Shown here in pieces: positions 1-12,063 of a stretch of DNA of 64,000 nt (position 1 is its first letter; each line of letters starts with the position of its first letter). The stretch is taken from positions 67,518,001 through 67,582,000 of the forward strand of contig NC_043007.1 of NCBI RefSeq assembly GCF_006345805.1. The letters run 5' to 3'. The position numbers and the translations under genes were made by a program. This stretch comes from Octopus sinensis. Taxonomy: Eukaryota. Below the pieces are notes generated by a model. It saw only the letters and a list, made by a program, of their open reading frames with translations. It searched no databases and was not told where the DNA came from.

Positions 1-723
1 CAAGGCAAGGTATATTTGATGTAGCAGTAAATAGATATTTTCTTCACAACTTCAATCACTGTTCTTTCATCATTACATAATGGCAATCAACAAAGAACCA
101 ATGCTTACAAACTGATTATGATGCCAACATTCTATCCTACTCTATATCAACTATCGTTTATCATATAATAGTTTACAAATCAAACTTCAACCATTACAGT
201 GGTTTAAGAAGTTCATTTAGCAGAGGGACCCATAAATGGATAGTCTATGTTGTTGTTAACTCCTGGACAACTCTGACCAAGCAGACTTATGATCAAAGAC
301 ATTCTAATCGTAACCATCCCGTTTCCCCTATGTACTAGGAGCCTAAGACCACACTATCCAATGCGTTCTTTTCCATGATAGTAAAGTGTGATTTGAGGAA
401 GATTTTGCTGCTATTTCTAGCAAGTCTAGAAACAAGACTAGATCCCTCATTGGCTGGGATATTTAAAAAAATTTTATCTATCAATGAACGACTACATAAA
501 ACAAGAAAAGCTCTAAAGGGTTTCAAATTACACCCTACAATTCTAAAAAGAAATGGACGTCTTCGTCATAAATATACAAATTGGAATTCCCTTGATTATA
601 CAGGTCTGTTCTATTAGATCTATGTGAACAGCAACAAGTTTAGACAGTAAATGGATATTTGTGCAGTTAAATACATATCACTGACACAATTGATGTCGTA
701 TTTTATTTATTTCTAACATAAGT

Positions 724-1156
724 GGGATCTTTTCGGTTTGAATGGCAGTTTTTTCTAGCAGTATCATATGAAATTGTCACCCATAATTATGACCCTAGTA
801 TCGATCTATTGCATTTCAATCTGTTTTAGGGTTAGGGTTAGGGGTGGGGGGAAGAGTATTTTTTTTTCTTCACAAATGTAAATAAACCCAATCTGATTCT
901 TAAACGTGGGACATATTCATACGGCACAGAATTTCTGCAATTTCAACCAATCAATGGCCTCATTAGACGTCATTGATTGGTTGAAATTGCAGAAATTGAA
1001 GAAAAAAAACAACTATCTTACAAACTATAGAATTTTCTCAATAAACCCAAGAGAAAATGATGTTTTATAAACACATTCTACCAGTATACGAAGTTTAACA
1101 TTTTTTAGTTACCTAGAAATTATGGTAAAAACTGCCGTTCAAACCGAAAAGATCCC
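724..1156. mobile_element. MITE (433 bp) with ~30-bp TIRs, 6-bp TSD and an internal 27-bp hairpin
   Basis: Termini GGGATCTTTTCGGTTTGAATGGCAGTTTT and AAAACTGCCGTTCAAACCGAAAAGATCCC. ATAAGT flanks both sides (718-723, 1157-1162). Internal inverted repeat at 930-997. Confidence 0.85.
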
Positions 1157-2792
1157 ATAAGTGTATTCAAGAGATAGATATTGTCGGTTATATTGGTCCC
1201 AGAACTTGACTGGTACTTATTTTATCGACCCCGACAGGATTTGAACTCAGAACGAAATACTGCAATACATTTTATCCGTTGCTGTACTGGTTCTGCAAAT
1301 ACGTCGTCTTGTGATGACAGAAGACAGAGAAGCAGACGAAAAATAGAATTACATTTTTAAAAAATGGGAGACCTGTTGAGGTAATATGGTCCTTGATAAA
1401 CTGTCTGGAATTACTTTGATCATAGGTCAACTCGATCAATTATTGTTATGGCAGTTGCTGTTTAGCCGCAACGCTGACCTGGGGCTAAACAACAATCACA
1501 GCGATAATTTCTTTATTTGCTAAGGTCATCAAAACTAACAACGAAGTAACTAAGTAGAGGAATGTGATGGGTGATTCCAAGGAACAGACAAGGCGAGACG
1601 TCCATGACCAACACTAAGCGTATAATGCAAGATAATTCATTACTATCTTCAATGAGGAAACTTCGACATGGTCGCTCTATCTGCTAAAAATAACAGTCAA
1701 ATCTCTCTTGAATCACACCCTGCCGTCTTTAAAAAAAAAAGGGCATCACCGGATAATGTAACCCGAAAAAAAAGACTAGATGATCGAAGTTGATTTACTC
1801 AATCAGGGCTGACTTAGGGTTATACTATTTATCACAATTATAACCTATTACTTGTTTATCATAAAAATATTAAGTGGCCGTTATACCATAGAAATAAAAC
1901 GAATAATCATTAAACACCTACATTTTTGTATATAAACTTCACCTTCCTACTTGAAAATAAAAAAAAATTAAATAACTTAATAACAAATCAATTTACTACC
2001 AATTCACAAAATGAAAACAGCCAAAATATTCTTTAAGTCTGCAATAACTTTTAAGAGACGGTGAGTTGTCTTATCCATATAATGCAGCACTCCAGTAAAA
2101 CCGTTTAATATGATATTCAAAATTATAATTGTTGTTTATCTGATAACAATATCGTGTAATTAAAGTGGGTTACTACCTACCACCTGCAGTAAATAGCATA
2201 TTTAAACATAAGTAAATATTCTAAATTTGCGAGGAGGATAATATACATACATGTATACCTTCGATGAAATTAGTTCGATCGAGATCGATTATTTTCATAT
2301 GTAGTATTCAATACAAAATACGAGAATAATTTCATTTTTTTTAAATAGTTCGTACTGTGATCGTTCCGACCCTAGTTGTTTTCGATATATATATATATAT
2401 ATCTTTTACTTGTTTTAGTTAGTGGACTGTGCCCATGCTGGGGCACTGTCTTGAAGGATTTAGTCGAAGAAATCGACCCCGGTATTTAGCTTTTTTCAAA
2501 GCCTGGTACTTATTCTATCGGTTATACATACATACAAGATATATGAGCATGTCTAGATATGCAACTATAATGCATGAGAATACATACATACATACATACA
2601 AGCAAAAAACCCTGTTGTTGATGTTGAAATTCCAATGAAGGAGCCTTGAATCTAGGTTTGCATGAAACCGGCTCTTTTTCTATTGGCAAGAAACCTTGAA
2701 ATAAAACTGGACAATGACACACATACACCTTGCATTATTTTAAATTCGAGTAACTAACAAATGCATACAATAAATGTGTTAAGTATTATTAC

Positions 2793-2819
2793 CTTGCACT
2801 CGGCTGGTGTCCTTCATTT
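2793..2819 (-). CDS. Putative 27-nt exon of an unidentified minus-strand gene (possible start exon, MKDTSRVQ)
   Basis: Minus strand: long pyrimidine tract ...ttttttcactccatgcttttgtttag|AAATGAAGGACACCAGCCGAGTGCAAG|gtaata. Lies in a CpG-retaining region. Confidence 0.4.
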
Positions 2820-2939
2820 CTAAACAAAAGCATGGAGTGAAAAAAAAACAGTAGATAAAATAATATAAATCAATAAATGATAATGTTAACAAAAAGGAAG
2901 GAAAAAAAAAGACAACGGAATTCTTGTCAAAACTTGAAT

Positions 2940-3160
2940 GAACAAAAACAACTCTCGCAAAAGCGTCCACAGTAACAACGCATGCGCACCTTGTCAGCTG
3001 ATCAGGAGTTGACTTCGGTCAATTATTTGAATTTATTTGTTGTGTGTATCGCATACTTGTATGTGTCAGTGCCCGTTTTTTCCTTCTTTTTTTCTCTATT
3101 TTAAATCAGCAGAAGTTGTGCCCACGCGCGAAACACCCGGTCCTTTATTCACTCTGTAAC
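2940..3160 (-). promoter_or_regulatory. Putative promoter / non-coding first exon region
   Basis: CpG-rich island in a CpG-depleted background; NRF1-like ACGCATGCGCA near 2978-2988; candidate donor ACAAG|gtgcgc near 2989; (GT)n(GA)n tract upstream at about 3284-3348. Confidence 0.35.
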
Positions 3161-3282
3161 TTCAACGATTATTAATAAGAAACACATATATTTATATATA
3201 TGCTCATGTTTTGATTCCTATTTTCTTGTTTGCAACACCAAGCCTATGTGTTATATATGTAGGTGTGTTCGATATTGTGCCC

Positions 3283-3283
<1 letters not shown>

Positions 3284-3348
<65 letters not shown>
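3284..3348. repeat. (GT)n-(GA)n compound microsatellite
   Basis: Directly visible. Confidence 0.95.
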
Positions 3349-3352
<4 letters not shown>

Positions 3353-3907
3353 TTTAGAGAAATAAAGTTGACAAAAAGGAGAGATTAAGAGGAATTAGAG
3401 GAAAAGGAATAGAGAGATAAGATCGGAGCACCTGTTTCTGCTAATGAACTTGAGGTAGTGGTATGGGGAGGGTTTTAGTCACCTTATGGAGTCAAAACCT
3501 ATGCTACGCCCTTCCTTAAACTTGATATATCCTCTATGAAAACAAACAGGCATATGTAAAGTAGCTGCACTGTGTAACATACACACTCCGAGCTAGACGG
3601 ACAAGTTGATGGATGGATGGATTGGTGAATAAACAGATAGATACAGAGAGGCAGGAAGAGGCTGAGTATAGTTCAAATTGTGGTGTAGCTACAAATCGGT
3701 ATGTTTGTGCATCGTTCTGCTTTCTTCGCTGTCTTCTGTGTATGCTGTGCAGCATTGGATTAACCATAAAGCAAAATAAGCATGTGCTTAGGGCACCAAG
3801 GAAAGTGGTGGTGGCACAGAAATAGTAAATGATTTATGACACAAAAGATTTCGCTTTAAAATAATATTTGGGATGCCTTATCTCTACTAAGTATAGAAGC
3901 AGATTGT

Positions 3908-4200
3908 GGAGGCACATGGCCTAGTGGTTAGAGCAGCGGACTCGCGGTTGAGGGAACGTGGGTTCAAATCTCAGACAAGGCGATGTGTGTGTTTATGAGC
4001 GAAACACCTAAGCTCCCGCAGAAAGTAATGGCGAACTTCTGCTGACTCATTTGCCACAACTTTCTCTCACTCTTTCTTCCTGCATCTTGCAGCTTACCTT
4101 CGACGGACTGGCATCCCCTCCAGGTGGGGAAGCTATACACCAAGGAAACCAGGAAACCGGCCCTTATGAGCCAGGCATGGCTCGAGAAGGAACAAACAAC
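3908..4200 (+). mobile_element. tRNA-derived SINE (GGAGGC...TGGCCTAGTGGTTAG head)
   Basis: A-box TGGCCTAGTGG and B-box-like GGTTCAAATC; related to the copy at 9656-9960. Confidence 0.7.
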
Positions 4201-5090
4201 ATAAGATTGATTTTGAGGATTTAATCAAAGACTTTGCAAGAAAAAAAGCAGAAAACTTTTCAAATATAAGTGGAAGTATATAAAAATACATTATTTTCCA
4301 TTTTGCTGTTTTGTTTCATTTTGAAAAATAAAAATTGATTTTTATGGTTTATTATTGTTAATATTTTGAATTACAAATACATGGGGGCAGCAAAATCTTT
4401 TAAGTGCTTAGGGCCTTTGTAGGTCTCAATCGAGACCTGATGTTGTGAATATTGTGGAGGTGTTACATGAAATTACTAGTATTGCATGTGTGTGTGTGAG
4501 TCATATTTATATTGTCTACTGTGTTGGTATTTGTTCCAACTCCCTACTCACTGAGTTCAAATTCCAAAGTCAACTTTGACTTCCATGATTTTGGCATTGA
4601 TAAAAGTTCACCAATCCAAGGTGATTGATTGGGAGAACCATCAAAAGCATTGGGTAGGATGCTTTGCACTATCTGTGCAAGCACTTTGTAGTATGACAGT
4701 AACTTCTGTATCAAAACTGGTGCCTAAAAGACATCAGCCCTTCTTTTGGACAACAATTTTTCACAAGTTAGAGCGGACCATATATCTGCAGATGTAGATA
4801 TATGGTCTGTCCTAACCTGTGTGGGTTTTACACACACACACACACACATGTACTTGCAACCTTTATCCACCCACCTTTCATCTTATCTCTAATCATTCCC
4901 TCATCTACTGTATCTACTAGTATTCTGCTGCTCTACACCCATTCTATACTACCAGTCATCATCTCTTCTCCACATTCCCTCTAACTCATATTTATCATCG
5001 ACTACCTCTCTACCTTCATTACTATATTCACCTCACACCCACCTCTGACATCACACATTCTTGCAACCTCTCCTCAAGCACCTTTAATAA

Positions 5091-5510
5091 TGGAAGGCAA
5101 GGTTTACGATATCGGAGGAATATCGTCTCCTTCCATCATCTTTTTGTTCTTCGTGTAGTTCAGGCTTCCGGCAGACAAAGAGAAAAGACTTCAAGCATAA
5201 ATGCCATTTACAACTGGTTTATTTACGGGAAAGGTGAAGTGTGTTGCTCTTAGCTACCATCTTATGCTCCGATAGTGTGGGTGCAAATTGCCTCCAGCCA
5301 GTTGTGTATTCAGCAAGCGCTGCTGTGTAGTGGCGCCAAAGAAGAGACAGGTCTGAATCAGTTTTTCCTTTATATAGTTTCCATCACAAGCCTCGTTGTG
5401 ATCTTGCACATGGCAAATGGATGCAGGTGAGGACTCGCTCCAGTCTTGGAGATGGCAATGGCTGCCACGAGATCTCATCCAATATGGTGCTGACTGCTTG
5501 TGCCGCTACA
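5091..5510 (-). mobile_element. Solo-LTR-like segment (420 bp) inserted in a decayed LINE tail
   Basis: Minus strand starts TGTAGCGG and ends CCTTCCA. TATATAAA at 5376-5369, then a CT-rich stretch, then AATAAA at 5223-5218. Higher GC than flanks. No TSD found. Confidence 0.45.
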
Positions 5511-5999
5511 CACTCTTCCCAATTTTCTGTTCTTACTCTCTCTTCTCTCTACATTCTTGTGCTTTCAAGATATACTCTGACACCTTGTTACTACCATCTT
5601 TATCTCTTTTTCCAGCTCCACCATAATTATTCCCAAACACCCCTATATAATGCAACATTGTCGTGTATCTCCTCTACTACAATAAAATCCTGTTCCTGTC
5701 CTTCTGTCATACTTTAACTTCTCATCACCTAGTACAAACCCACCTTCCTCTCTACTATATTCTCACTCAGTTGAGGAAGTTCTTTGGAATTGTGAGTTAC
5801 ATGGTGACCACCTTAAAGCTGGTGCCATGAAAATAAAGAATCTCATAAACTCTGTAAAGAGGTTGATGCTGGAAGGGTATCCAGCCATAAAAATCATGCC
5901 ACAACAAATGAGACAGGTGCTGTCTGACTTGCTGGATTCTGGTGAACCATCCCATCCATGCCTACTTGGAAGATGGTCATTAAATGATGATGATATATA

Positions 6000-6031
<32 letters not shown>

Positions 6032-6329
6032 TATTAGTGAAAGAGACCAATATTTCGAAAATTTAATGAGATCTTTGTGCTAGAGCAGGGTTATCAGAGT
6101 CTCAAGCCATGTTTAAGTGAGAATAAATATTACCTCTCAGTACTAATACTGCCTCTGTTGCTAATATATATATGTATGTATGTATTTTTGCATATATGTA
6201 TGTATGTATGTACGTACATGTATGTGTGTGTGTGTGTGTACACATGTATGTATGTACATATCTATATTTTAGCCATGCTAGATCAGTGTGCTATTTTCTG
6301 CAGAAAATTGGTTATGAGCCCAGACAACT

Positions 6330-7700
6330 GCAAAAAGCTACCAAGGAAATAGGCATAATAATAATGAAATTATTGTATACAGTGTTCAGGTGCACCACAA
6401 CTTGTCAAAAGTGCATATAAAGCATATGCTGTAATGTACAAATGTCTGGGAAGTGAACAGTATATGAGTCAGGTGTGCATGGCGAGGAGAAAATCAGGTG
6501 TAGTGTTGGCGAGTCTCAGGAAGCATAGAAGTTTTGAAGGATGCAGTACTCTGACAACTAACAACTGATGCTGGCAGTTTGTACCATGCTTCAGCAACTT
6601 TTAGCGTGAACAATGTTTCTGAAAGTCATGGGAGCTGTGCTGTTTTCTGACTTTGTAAACATGTCCACAGGTGTTAGACAAGTGGAGTTTGAAAAGGTGC
6701 TCAAAGTTATTGGTAGCTAAAACAGCTAAAGATGACTATGGTTGAGAAGAGACTGCATATGAACAGGGGACAGCTAATTCACTCCTCATTGCTCCATGCA
6801 TGTGAGGTATACAGGCTAAGTGACAAAATACTAGTGGCACTGAGATGCTTGCTGATGATATGGAAGCGTTTCCAACATGGCGATGAAGATCTTGCAACAC
6901 CAATGAATAGCTCCTGTAGTTTCACCATGTAGTAAAGTATCTGGTGGTGAGGGCGCGTGGCTTAGTGATTAGGGCATTCGGCTCATGATCGTAAGGTTGT
7001 GAGTTCGATTCCCGGTGACGCGTTGTGTCCTTGAGCAAGACACTTTATTTCACGTTGCTCCAGTCCACTCAGCTGGCAAAAATGAGTTGTACTTGTATTT
7101 CAAAGGGTCAGCCTTGTCACTCTCTGTGTCACGCTGATTATCCCCGAGAACTACGTTAAGGGTACACGTGTCTGTGGAATGCTCAGCCATTTGCATGTTA
7201 ATTTCACGAGCAAGCTGTTCTGTTGATCGTATCAGCTGGGACCCTCGTCGTCGTAACCGGCGGAGTCTTTAAAGTATCTGGTATTTATTTCACCAATATG
7301 CATGCATACACAGTTCTCTGACCTACTCAACCAGGCACTTTTGAATGAACTTGCTGATGATGCAACACCTACCCCTACATTAACAACATTATAGCGATCA
7401 CTGGGCCTACATCACAATATCATGTTACTCAGAACTTCTGTTGCACATTGTCCAATTTTATATATTGTATCATATGCAAGCTTTGTGGCGACCTTTACAC
7501 TGGGGAAACAGGCTGATACCTTGCCTATTACTTTCTGGAGTACATTGAAAATATACTACTACATATGCTAGGCCAACCTGTTGTCACCCTTTTCAATTCT
7601 ACAGGAATTGCATTACTCATTTATCTGTGTGCAGTATCGCTGCACACTATGGACCCACTTTCTCAAGGAAATAGAGGGAACAATATTTCATATTTGGACT
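6330..7700 (-). mobile_element. Decayed LINE (CR1/L2-group-like) RT C-terminal fragment, interrupted by a SINE
   Basis: Minus-strand translation with stops and frameshifts (e.g. ...SYTVHFPDICTLQHMLYMHF*QVVVHLN) resembles the C-terminal region of such LINEs. Boundaries approximate. Confidence 0.5.
6946..7269 (+). mobile_element. Young tRNA-derived SINE with 13-bp TSD
   Basis: A-box TGGCTTAGTG, B-box GAGTTCGATTCC, central GTGTCCTTGAGCAAGACAC. TSD TAAAGTATCTGGT at 6933-6945 and 7270-7282. Confidence 0.85.
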
Positions 7701-8734
7701 TGATAACATGTCACTGACATGCTGAAATTCATGTTTATTCGTTCTACTTCCATACCTCCATTTAGTTCAGCATTCTTTTTCTTATCCTTCAACTCCCCTC
7801 TTGCCTCATTTTTTTCCCCTTCACATCACCCTTGACTTTGCATGCTTTTACTCCTTGTTCCTCTTTCTTTTCACCTCTCACCCAATTTCCCTCTCTCCTA
7901 CCACTTCTTGTTCATGTATGAACCTCATGTGGTCTTGCATGCCTTATCAGTTGCAACCAGTTTTTTTTTTTTTTAATTTCGAAGATGTAAAACTCTGCAG
8001 TCTCTCATTTATTTCTGACCTTTCAACCTTTCAAGGATTGTCTGAAACATTGGATTTTCCACTCATCATGCCAGATTCAGTTTGCTCTCTTTATTGATTT
8101 TATAATATATTACAAGTCATACTGATGTAGACCAACACCAATTTCTTTGGAGTTTGGTCATATATATATATATATATACACACACATCTATATTAATTAA
8201 AGTATGCAGTATTATCGATCCATTACAGCTGATTTTACTAGTCAGTTTCTCACTAGATATTAAGTAACTGGATGGTTACTCAGGTTTGGCAATCATCAAT
8301 TTTTCCATACCTGCCATCTCTGATGAGCACAGTTGTTAGATAACTGACTGGTTACCTAATATCTGGTACAAAACTGATTGGCCATAATGGGTCAATAATA
8401 CTGTATATTTTGATTCCCACTCTTGACAAATATACAAATGCTCATTTTTTCTAATTTATGAATTCATAGACAACTTTATATGTGTATGAGTCTAGAGGTG
8501 CATGGCTTTGTGGTTAGGGTGTTGAACTCATGATCATAAAATTGTAGTCTTGATTTCTAGACTGGGTGAGACGTGTTCTTTAGCAAAGTGCTTCACTTCA
8601 TGTTGCTTCAGTTCACTCAATTGATAAAAATGATTAATCCTGTATTAGACAAGTGTCCCATTCCAGAGGAGAATATATATACCATGGAATCGGGAAAAGC
8701 GTCCTTATGAGATAATTTCTTGGGAAGGACCATT

Positions 8735-9152
8735 ACTCTATTACTCTTTTACTTGCTTTAGTCATTTGAATGTGGCCATGCTGGAGCACCGCCTTTAGTC
8801 AAGCAAATCGACACCCAGGACTTATTCTTTGTAAGCCTAGTATTTATTCTATCAGTCTCTTTTGCCGAACTGCTAAGTTACAGTGACGTAAATACACCAG
8901 CATCAGTTGTCAAGTGATGTTAGGGGGACAATCACAGACACACCAACATATACACACACATTCATACATATATATATATATATACATATATACGACGGGC
9001 TTCTTTCAGTTTCCATCTAACAAACCCACTCACAAGGCTTTGGTTGGCCTGAGGCTATAGTAGAAGACACTTGCCCAAGGTGCCATGCAGTGGGACTGAA
9101 TCCGGAACCATGTGGTTGGTAAGCAAGCTACTAACCACACAGCCACTCCTGC
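8735..9152 (-). mobile_element. Abundant tRNA-derived SINE (GCAGGAGTGGCTGTGTGGT head), near full length
   Basis: Highly similar copies at 16750-17137 and 27866-28259, plus many fragments. Confidence 0.85.
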
Positions 9153-9528
9153 GCCACTGATCCTTTTCTTTGAACTTTCATTTAACTAAGGTATCTTTGG
9201 CCTGATGAGTAGCTGGTGGAGTACCCCTTTTATTACTTCTGAGGTTCTGCTAGCTTGGAAACATATGAAGCCTGGATTTTTACCCATTCCATTCTCTCAA
9301 TCTGGATTTTTATTCACATTCATAACAACCTTAGAGGCTAACGGTGAACAATAAAATAACTTTTTCACCTGATGGAACTTCAAAACTTTGATTCGAGGAA
9401 AAACCTACAACCTTTTGTGCCAATAAACTATTATTGTTCCTGAAAGTTGTTTTTATACCCACTACAGACTGCTCAAAGCTTACTGACTTTCTACTCCTAT
9501 ATCCTTGGATCTTACAATTACATATCAC

Positions 9529-9578
<50 letters not shown>

Positions 9579-9610
9579 AAATATATATATGTATATATAT
9601 AGGAAAAAAG

Positions 9611-9655
<45 letters not shown>

Positions 9656-9656
<1 letters not shown>

Positions 9657-9960
9657 GAGGCGCAATGGCTTAGTGGTTAGGGCAGCAGACTCGCGGTCGC
9701 AGGATCGCGGTTTCGATTCCCAGACCGGGCATTGTGAGTGTTTATTGTGCGAAAACACCTAAAATCTCCAAGAGGCTCCGGCAGGGGGTGGTGATCTCTG
9801 CTGTACTCTTTCACCACTCTTTCTCCCACTCTTTCTTCTGTTGGCCTGCTCGCTTAGCCAGTGGGGTGGCGTCATTTTGAAGGCTAAAACAATGCGAACG
9901 CATTGTGACCAGCGATGTGTAACAACATCTGATGATCTGGTCGGTCACGTGATCCCGTGA
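9656..9960 (+). mobile_element. tRNA-derived SINE
   Basis: GGAGGCGCAATGGCTTAGTGGTTAG...GGTTTCGATTCC head; inserted next to a (TA)n/(TG)n tract. Confidence 0.8.
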
Positions 9961-9995
9961 TATATATATATATATATATATTTACATATATATAT

Positions 9996-10750
9996 TATAT
10001 TGTATTGGGTAGGCCAGTTTATGGGATTACCCTGGGTTTCTTACCCATAAGGGGTTTACCCTTACGAGGTATCTTCAGACCCCAAACACTGCTGGCCTGA
10101 CACCTCTTTAAAATATGGAGGGGAAAAAGCCTCGTTTTTAAGAAAACCCTAGGTGATTATCTCCCTTTGCCATTATCCATCGATTTTCAGCCATGCTTGC
10201 AGTCATCAGTCCTCCTTTAGAGTCCCGGAAAGGAGATACGTGACATCGCTAGCCAGTCATATTTGGCAATTATGAGACAAAGAGATTCCATACTTGATTG
10301 CATGGAAAATACTTGAGAACCCATCAGTGGGACAAAATGGTGCAAATTATGCATTGCCAAACACACAAGGATCCTTAAAGACTTGCTAATGCCAGAGGGC
10401 ATCCTGAACTCCAGTACAGAGATTTTTGGACCATTTTAGAAAATTCCTGCTGGCTGTTTGGAATCCACATGGGAATAACCAATAACCAATGCCAAAGGGA
10501 AACAATCGTTTACTTTTGTGGTGCATTGGTGACTGCAAGATGGCAGTGTGGCTGAAGATTGATGGACAATGGCAAAAGGAAACAATCACCTAGGGTTTTA
10601 CTCTTAAAAACAAGGCCTTTCTGCCTCCATATTTTAAAGAGGTCTCAGGCCAGCAGTGTTTGGGGTATGAAGATACACCATAAGGCTAAATCCTTTATGA
10701 GCGAGAAACCCAGGGTAACTCAATAAACTGGCCTACTCCAATACAATATA
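9996..10750 (+). mobile_element. Truncated Penelope-like element: GIY-YIG C-terminal remnant between inverted ~165-bp pseudo-LTRs bearing hammerhead motifs
   Basis: Inverted repeats at 9996-10158 and 10584-10750. Plus-strand translation at about 10222-10435 gives TSLASHIWQL*DKEIPYLIAWKILE, then after a frameshift PISGTKWCKLCIAKHTRILKD...ILNSSTEIFG, which matches PLE endonuclease tails. Confidence 0.8.
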
Positions 10751-11245
10751 TAAACTGCTCTACAGTTTATAGTGTGCTTCTCTTCCAGATCCCAGATTTC
10801 TGTATTTCTACAAATGATCCTATGTATGTATGTATGTATGCATGCATGTATGTATGCATGTATGTATGCATGCATTTATGCATGTATGTATGCATGTATG
10901 TATGTATGTATGTATGTATGCATGCATGTATCAGAAATAGTTTCTATATTTAGCAAACTCTTCAACCTTTCTCTCTCAACTGGAAACATCTCGAAAAGGC
11001 TAGTTTGTCTGAATCTACCACTTCCACTATCTCAGAGGAACAAAAACGGTTGTGGACTACCATTTCCTTCATTACTTTGAATCTTTCCTTTGTCATTGGC
11101 ACTCATTAATTTGATTTTTGTAAAGCCAGGAAGCTACTTTGAGGTATCACCACAAGCATTTTCGACATCAAAAACATTACCGCCACCACCATCACCTTCA
11201 TCATAGCCCCTACTACAGCTTTCAACCCATATATGTGTGTGTGTG

Positions 11246-11293
<48 letters not shown>

Positions 11294-11561
11294 AAGCGCT
11301 TAGACTCATAGATGGATCGTCAGACTCTAAAATATTGTTAAAGTACACCTAACTTATGATATAATGTAGCAAAAAATATTAAGTCTTATTTTCGTATTCG
11401 ATATAAATTATTGATAATAAATTTTGCAATCTTTTGTTTATATATATTTCTTTATTACAACGAAATTCATAGTTTTCCTTTCAATTTCTCCTTGTAATAT
11501 AACAGTTAAAAAAATATTATTTTCATTTTTTATCGCCAGAAACCACTCTGCTTTAACAGAA

Positions 11562-11575
11562 CAAATGGCGGCGAA
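11562..11575 (+). promoter_or_regulatory. YY1-like motif (CAAATGGCGGCG) upstream of the LSM8 start
   Basis: Near match to AANATGGCGGC, about 85 nt upstream of the ATG, in a CpG-retaining region. Confidence 0.4.
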
Positions 11576-11650
11576 AACAAGCATTTGAAGAATTGGTCCA
11601 AAAATATCAAGGAAAAAGTCGTTATTTTGTGAACGACAAAGTTTTTAGAA

Positions 11651-11681
11651 ATGGCTTCGGCTCTGGAAAATTATATTAGTA
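11651..11681 (+). CDS. LSM8: LSM8 exon 1 (MASALENYIS + A)
   Basis: Matches the LSm8 N-terminus (MTSALENYIN-like); followed by the U12 donor GTATCCTTT. Confidence 0.95.
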
Positions 11682-11941
11682 GTATCCTTTTCATAAATAT
11701 AATCTTGTTACACTCTGATTAGTACTTTGCGTCTTAAAATCAAAATGCTTTTGTTTCTTACGTGTGAATTATAAGCTCACGCCGGTTATTGCAACTAAGA
11801 TTTGAAAAAAAATTAAATCTATTTTCAGGTTATTTTACTTGTTTGTTATCAACTCTATTACAAATTCTCATCGAATATTAAAAACAAAATATATTTCGTT
11901 TAAAAAAAATTAATGTACTCAATCGGACCGGTGTTACCTGC

Positions 11942-11997
<56 letters not shown>

Positions 11998-12006
11998 GTC
12001 TATATG

Positions 12007-12063
<57 letters not shown>

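Noticed and set aside
375-617. 80-aa plus-strand ORF that looks protein-like
   Set aside because: The first half lies in a common repeat (GATTTTGCTGCTATTTCTAGCA, also near 34.1 and 43.4 kb). No homology recognised and no supporting exons.
826-844. TTAGGG telomeric repeats
   Set aside because: Only three units, internal to a MITE; not a telomere or fusion signature.
3908-3985. tRNA-like A/B boxes (also at 6946, 9656 and others)
   Set aside because: These are SINE heads with no complete cloverleaf; they continue into SINE bodies.
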